From an uncultured virus (IMG/VR IMGVR_UViG_3300031787_008607) (lineage: Duplodnaviria; Heunggongvirae; Uroviricota; Caudoviricetes), in the IMG/VR virus record IMGVR_UViG_3300031787_008607, positions 62,001 to 126,000 of that record: DNA of 64,000 nt, one strand, 5' to 3'. Position numbers and translations under genes: made by a program. How positions within the stretch are numbered: position 1 is the stretch's first letter; each line of letters starts with the position of its first letter. Below, piece by piece: positions 63,832-64,000 of the stretch. Under the pieces are notes generated by a model. The model did no database searches. It was given only the letters and a program-made list of their open reading frames with translations, and was not told where the DNA came from.

Positions 63832-64000
63832 TTAATTAAATTATTAATTGTGTATTTATTTTCAATTTTAGTCACATAATTGAATAAGTAATTATTTTTA
63901 TTCCACATTTCCCAAAATTTATTATCCATATTTACTCTATTTGTTACTGTTGCATTTTTATCATTTCCGTAATGCCATAAATGAAGAGCAACAAAATCAT
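63828..64000 (-). CDS. C-terminal fragment of a probable glycosyltransferase (runs off window)
   Basis: ...DFVALHLWHYGNDK...LIK*; ATGA overlap with the gene starting at 63831. Confidence 0.5.
   Translation of the reverse strand, partial: DFVALHLWHYGNDKNATVTNRVNMDNKFWEMWNKNNYLFNYVTKIENKYTINNLIK

Noticed and set aside
1..64000. Genome-wide TAG recoding (genetic code 15), suggested by the rmlC amber codon
   Set aside because: All core genes are intact in code 11, and TAG acts as a real stop at 6869 and 10459 where read-through would run into convergent genes
1..64000. CRISPR array or IS/transposase
   Set aside because: No repeat-spacer array, cas gene or transposase motif seen; the repeats found are coding

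Overview
A 64-kb, AT-rich, gene-dense window from a large T4-like (myovirus or jumbo-type) bacteriophage, most likely infecting a Bacteroidota host. The host call rests on -33/-7 TTTG...TAnnTTTG promoters, no regular Shine-Dalgarno motifs, a Bacteroidota-like bS21 and a DUF4494-like gene. The window holds the head-assembly module (terminase, portal, bS21, prohead protease, scaffold, major capsid protein), a gp55-like sigma factor, tRNA-Arg(UCU), a complete tmRNA, an N-domain-less ClpC, PhoH, and a ~13-kb nucleotide-sugar/glycosyltransferase cluster running off the right end. Most notable observations: (1) an unannotated Asn-rich leader peptide overlapping an intrinsic terminator just upstream of an AsnRS-paralogue gene, i.e. 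a candidate phage asparagine-sensing attenuator; (2) many unrelated late proteins sharing a leader and (I/L/V/M)-x-E sites, suggesting capsid-targeted cargo processed by the prohead protease, including a PPK2-lysozyme fusion; (3) a TATTTAT motif often only 4-7 nt before start codons, implying leaderless late mRNAs; (4) an unusual 21-aa tmRNA tag; (5) an amber-interrupted rmlC. All family assignments come from motif recognition by eye; no database searches were run.
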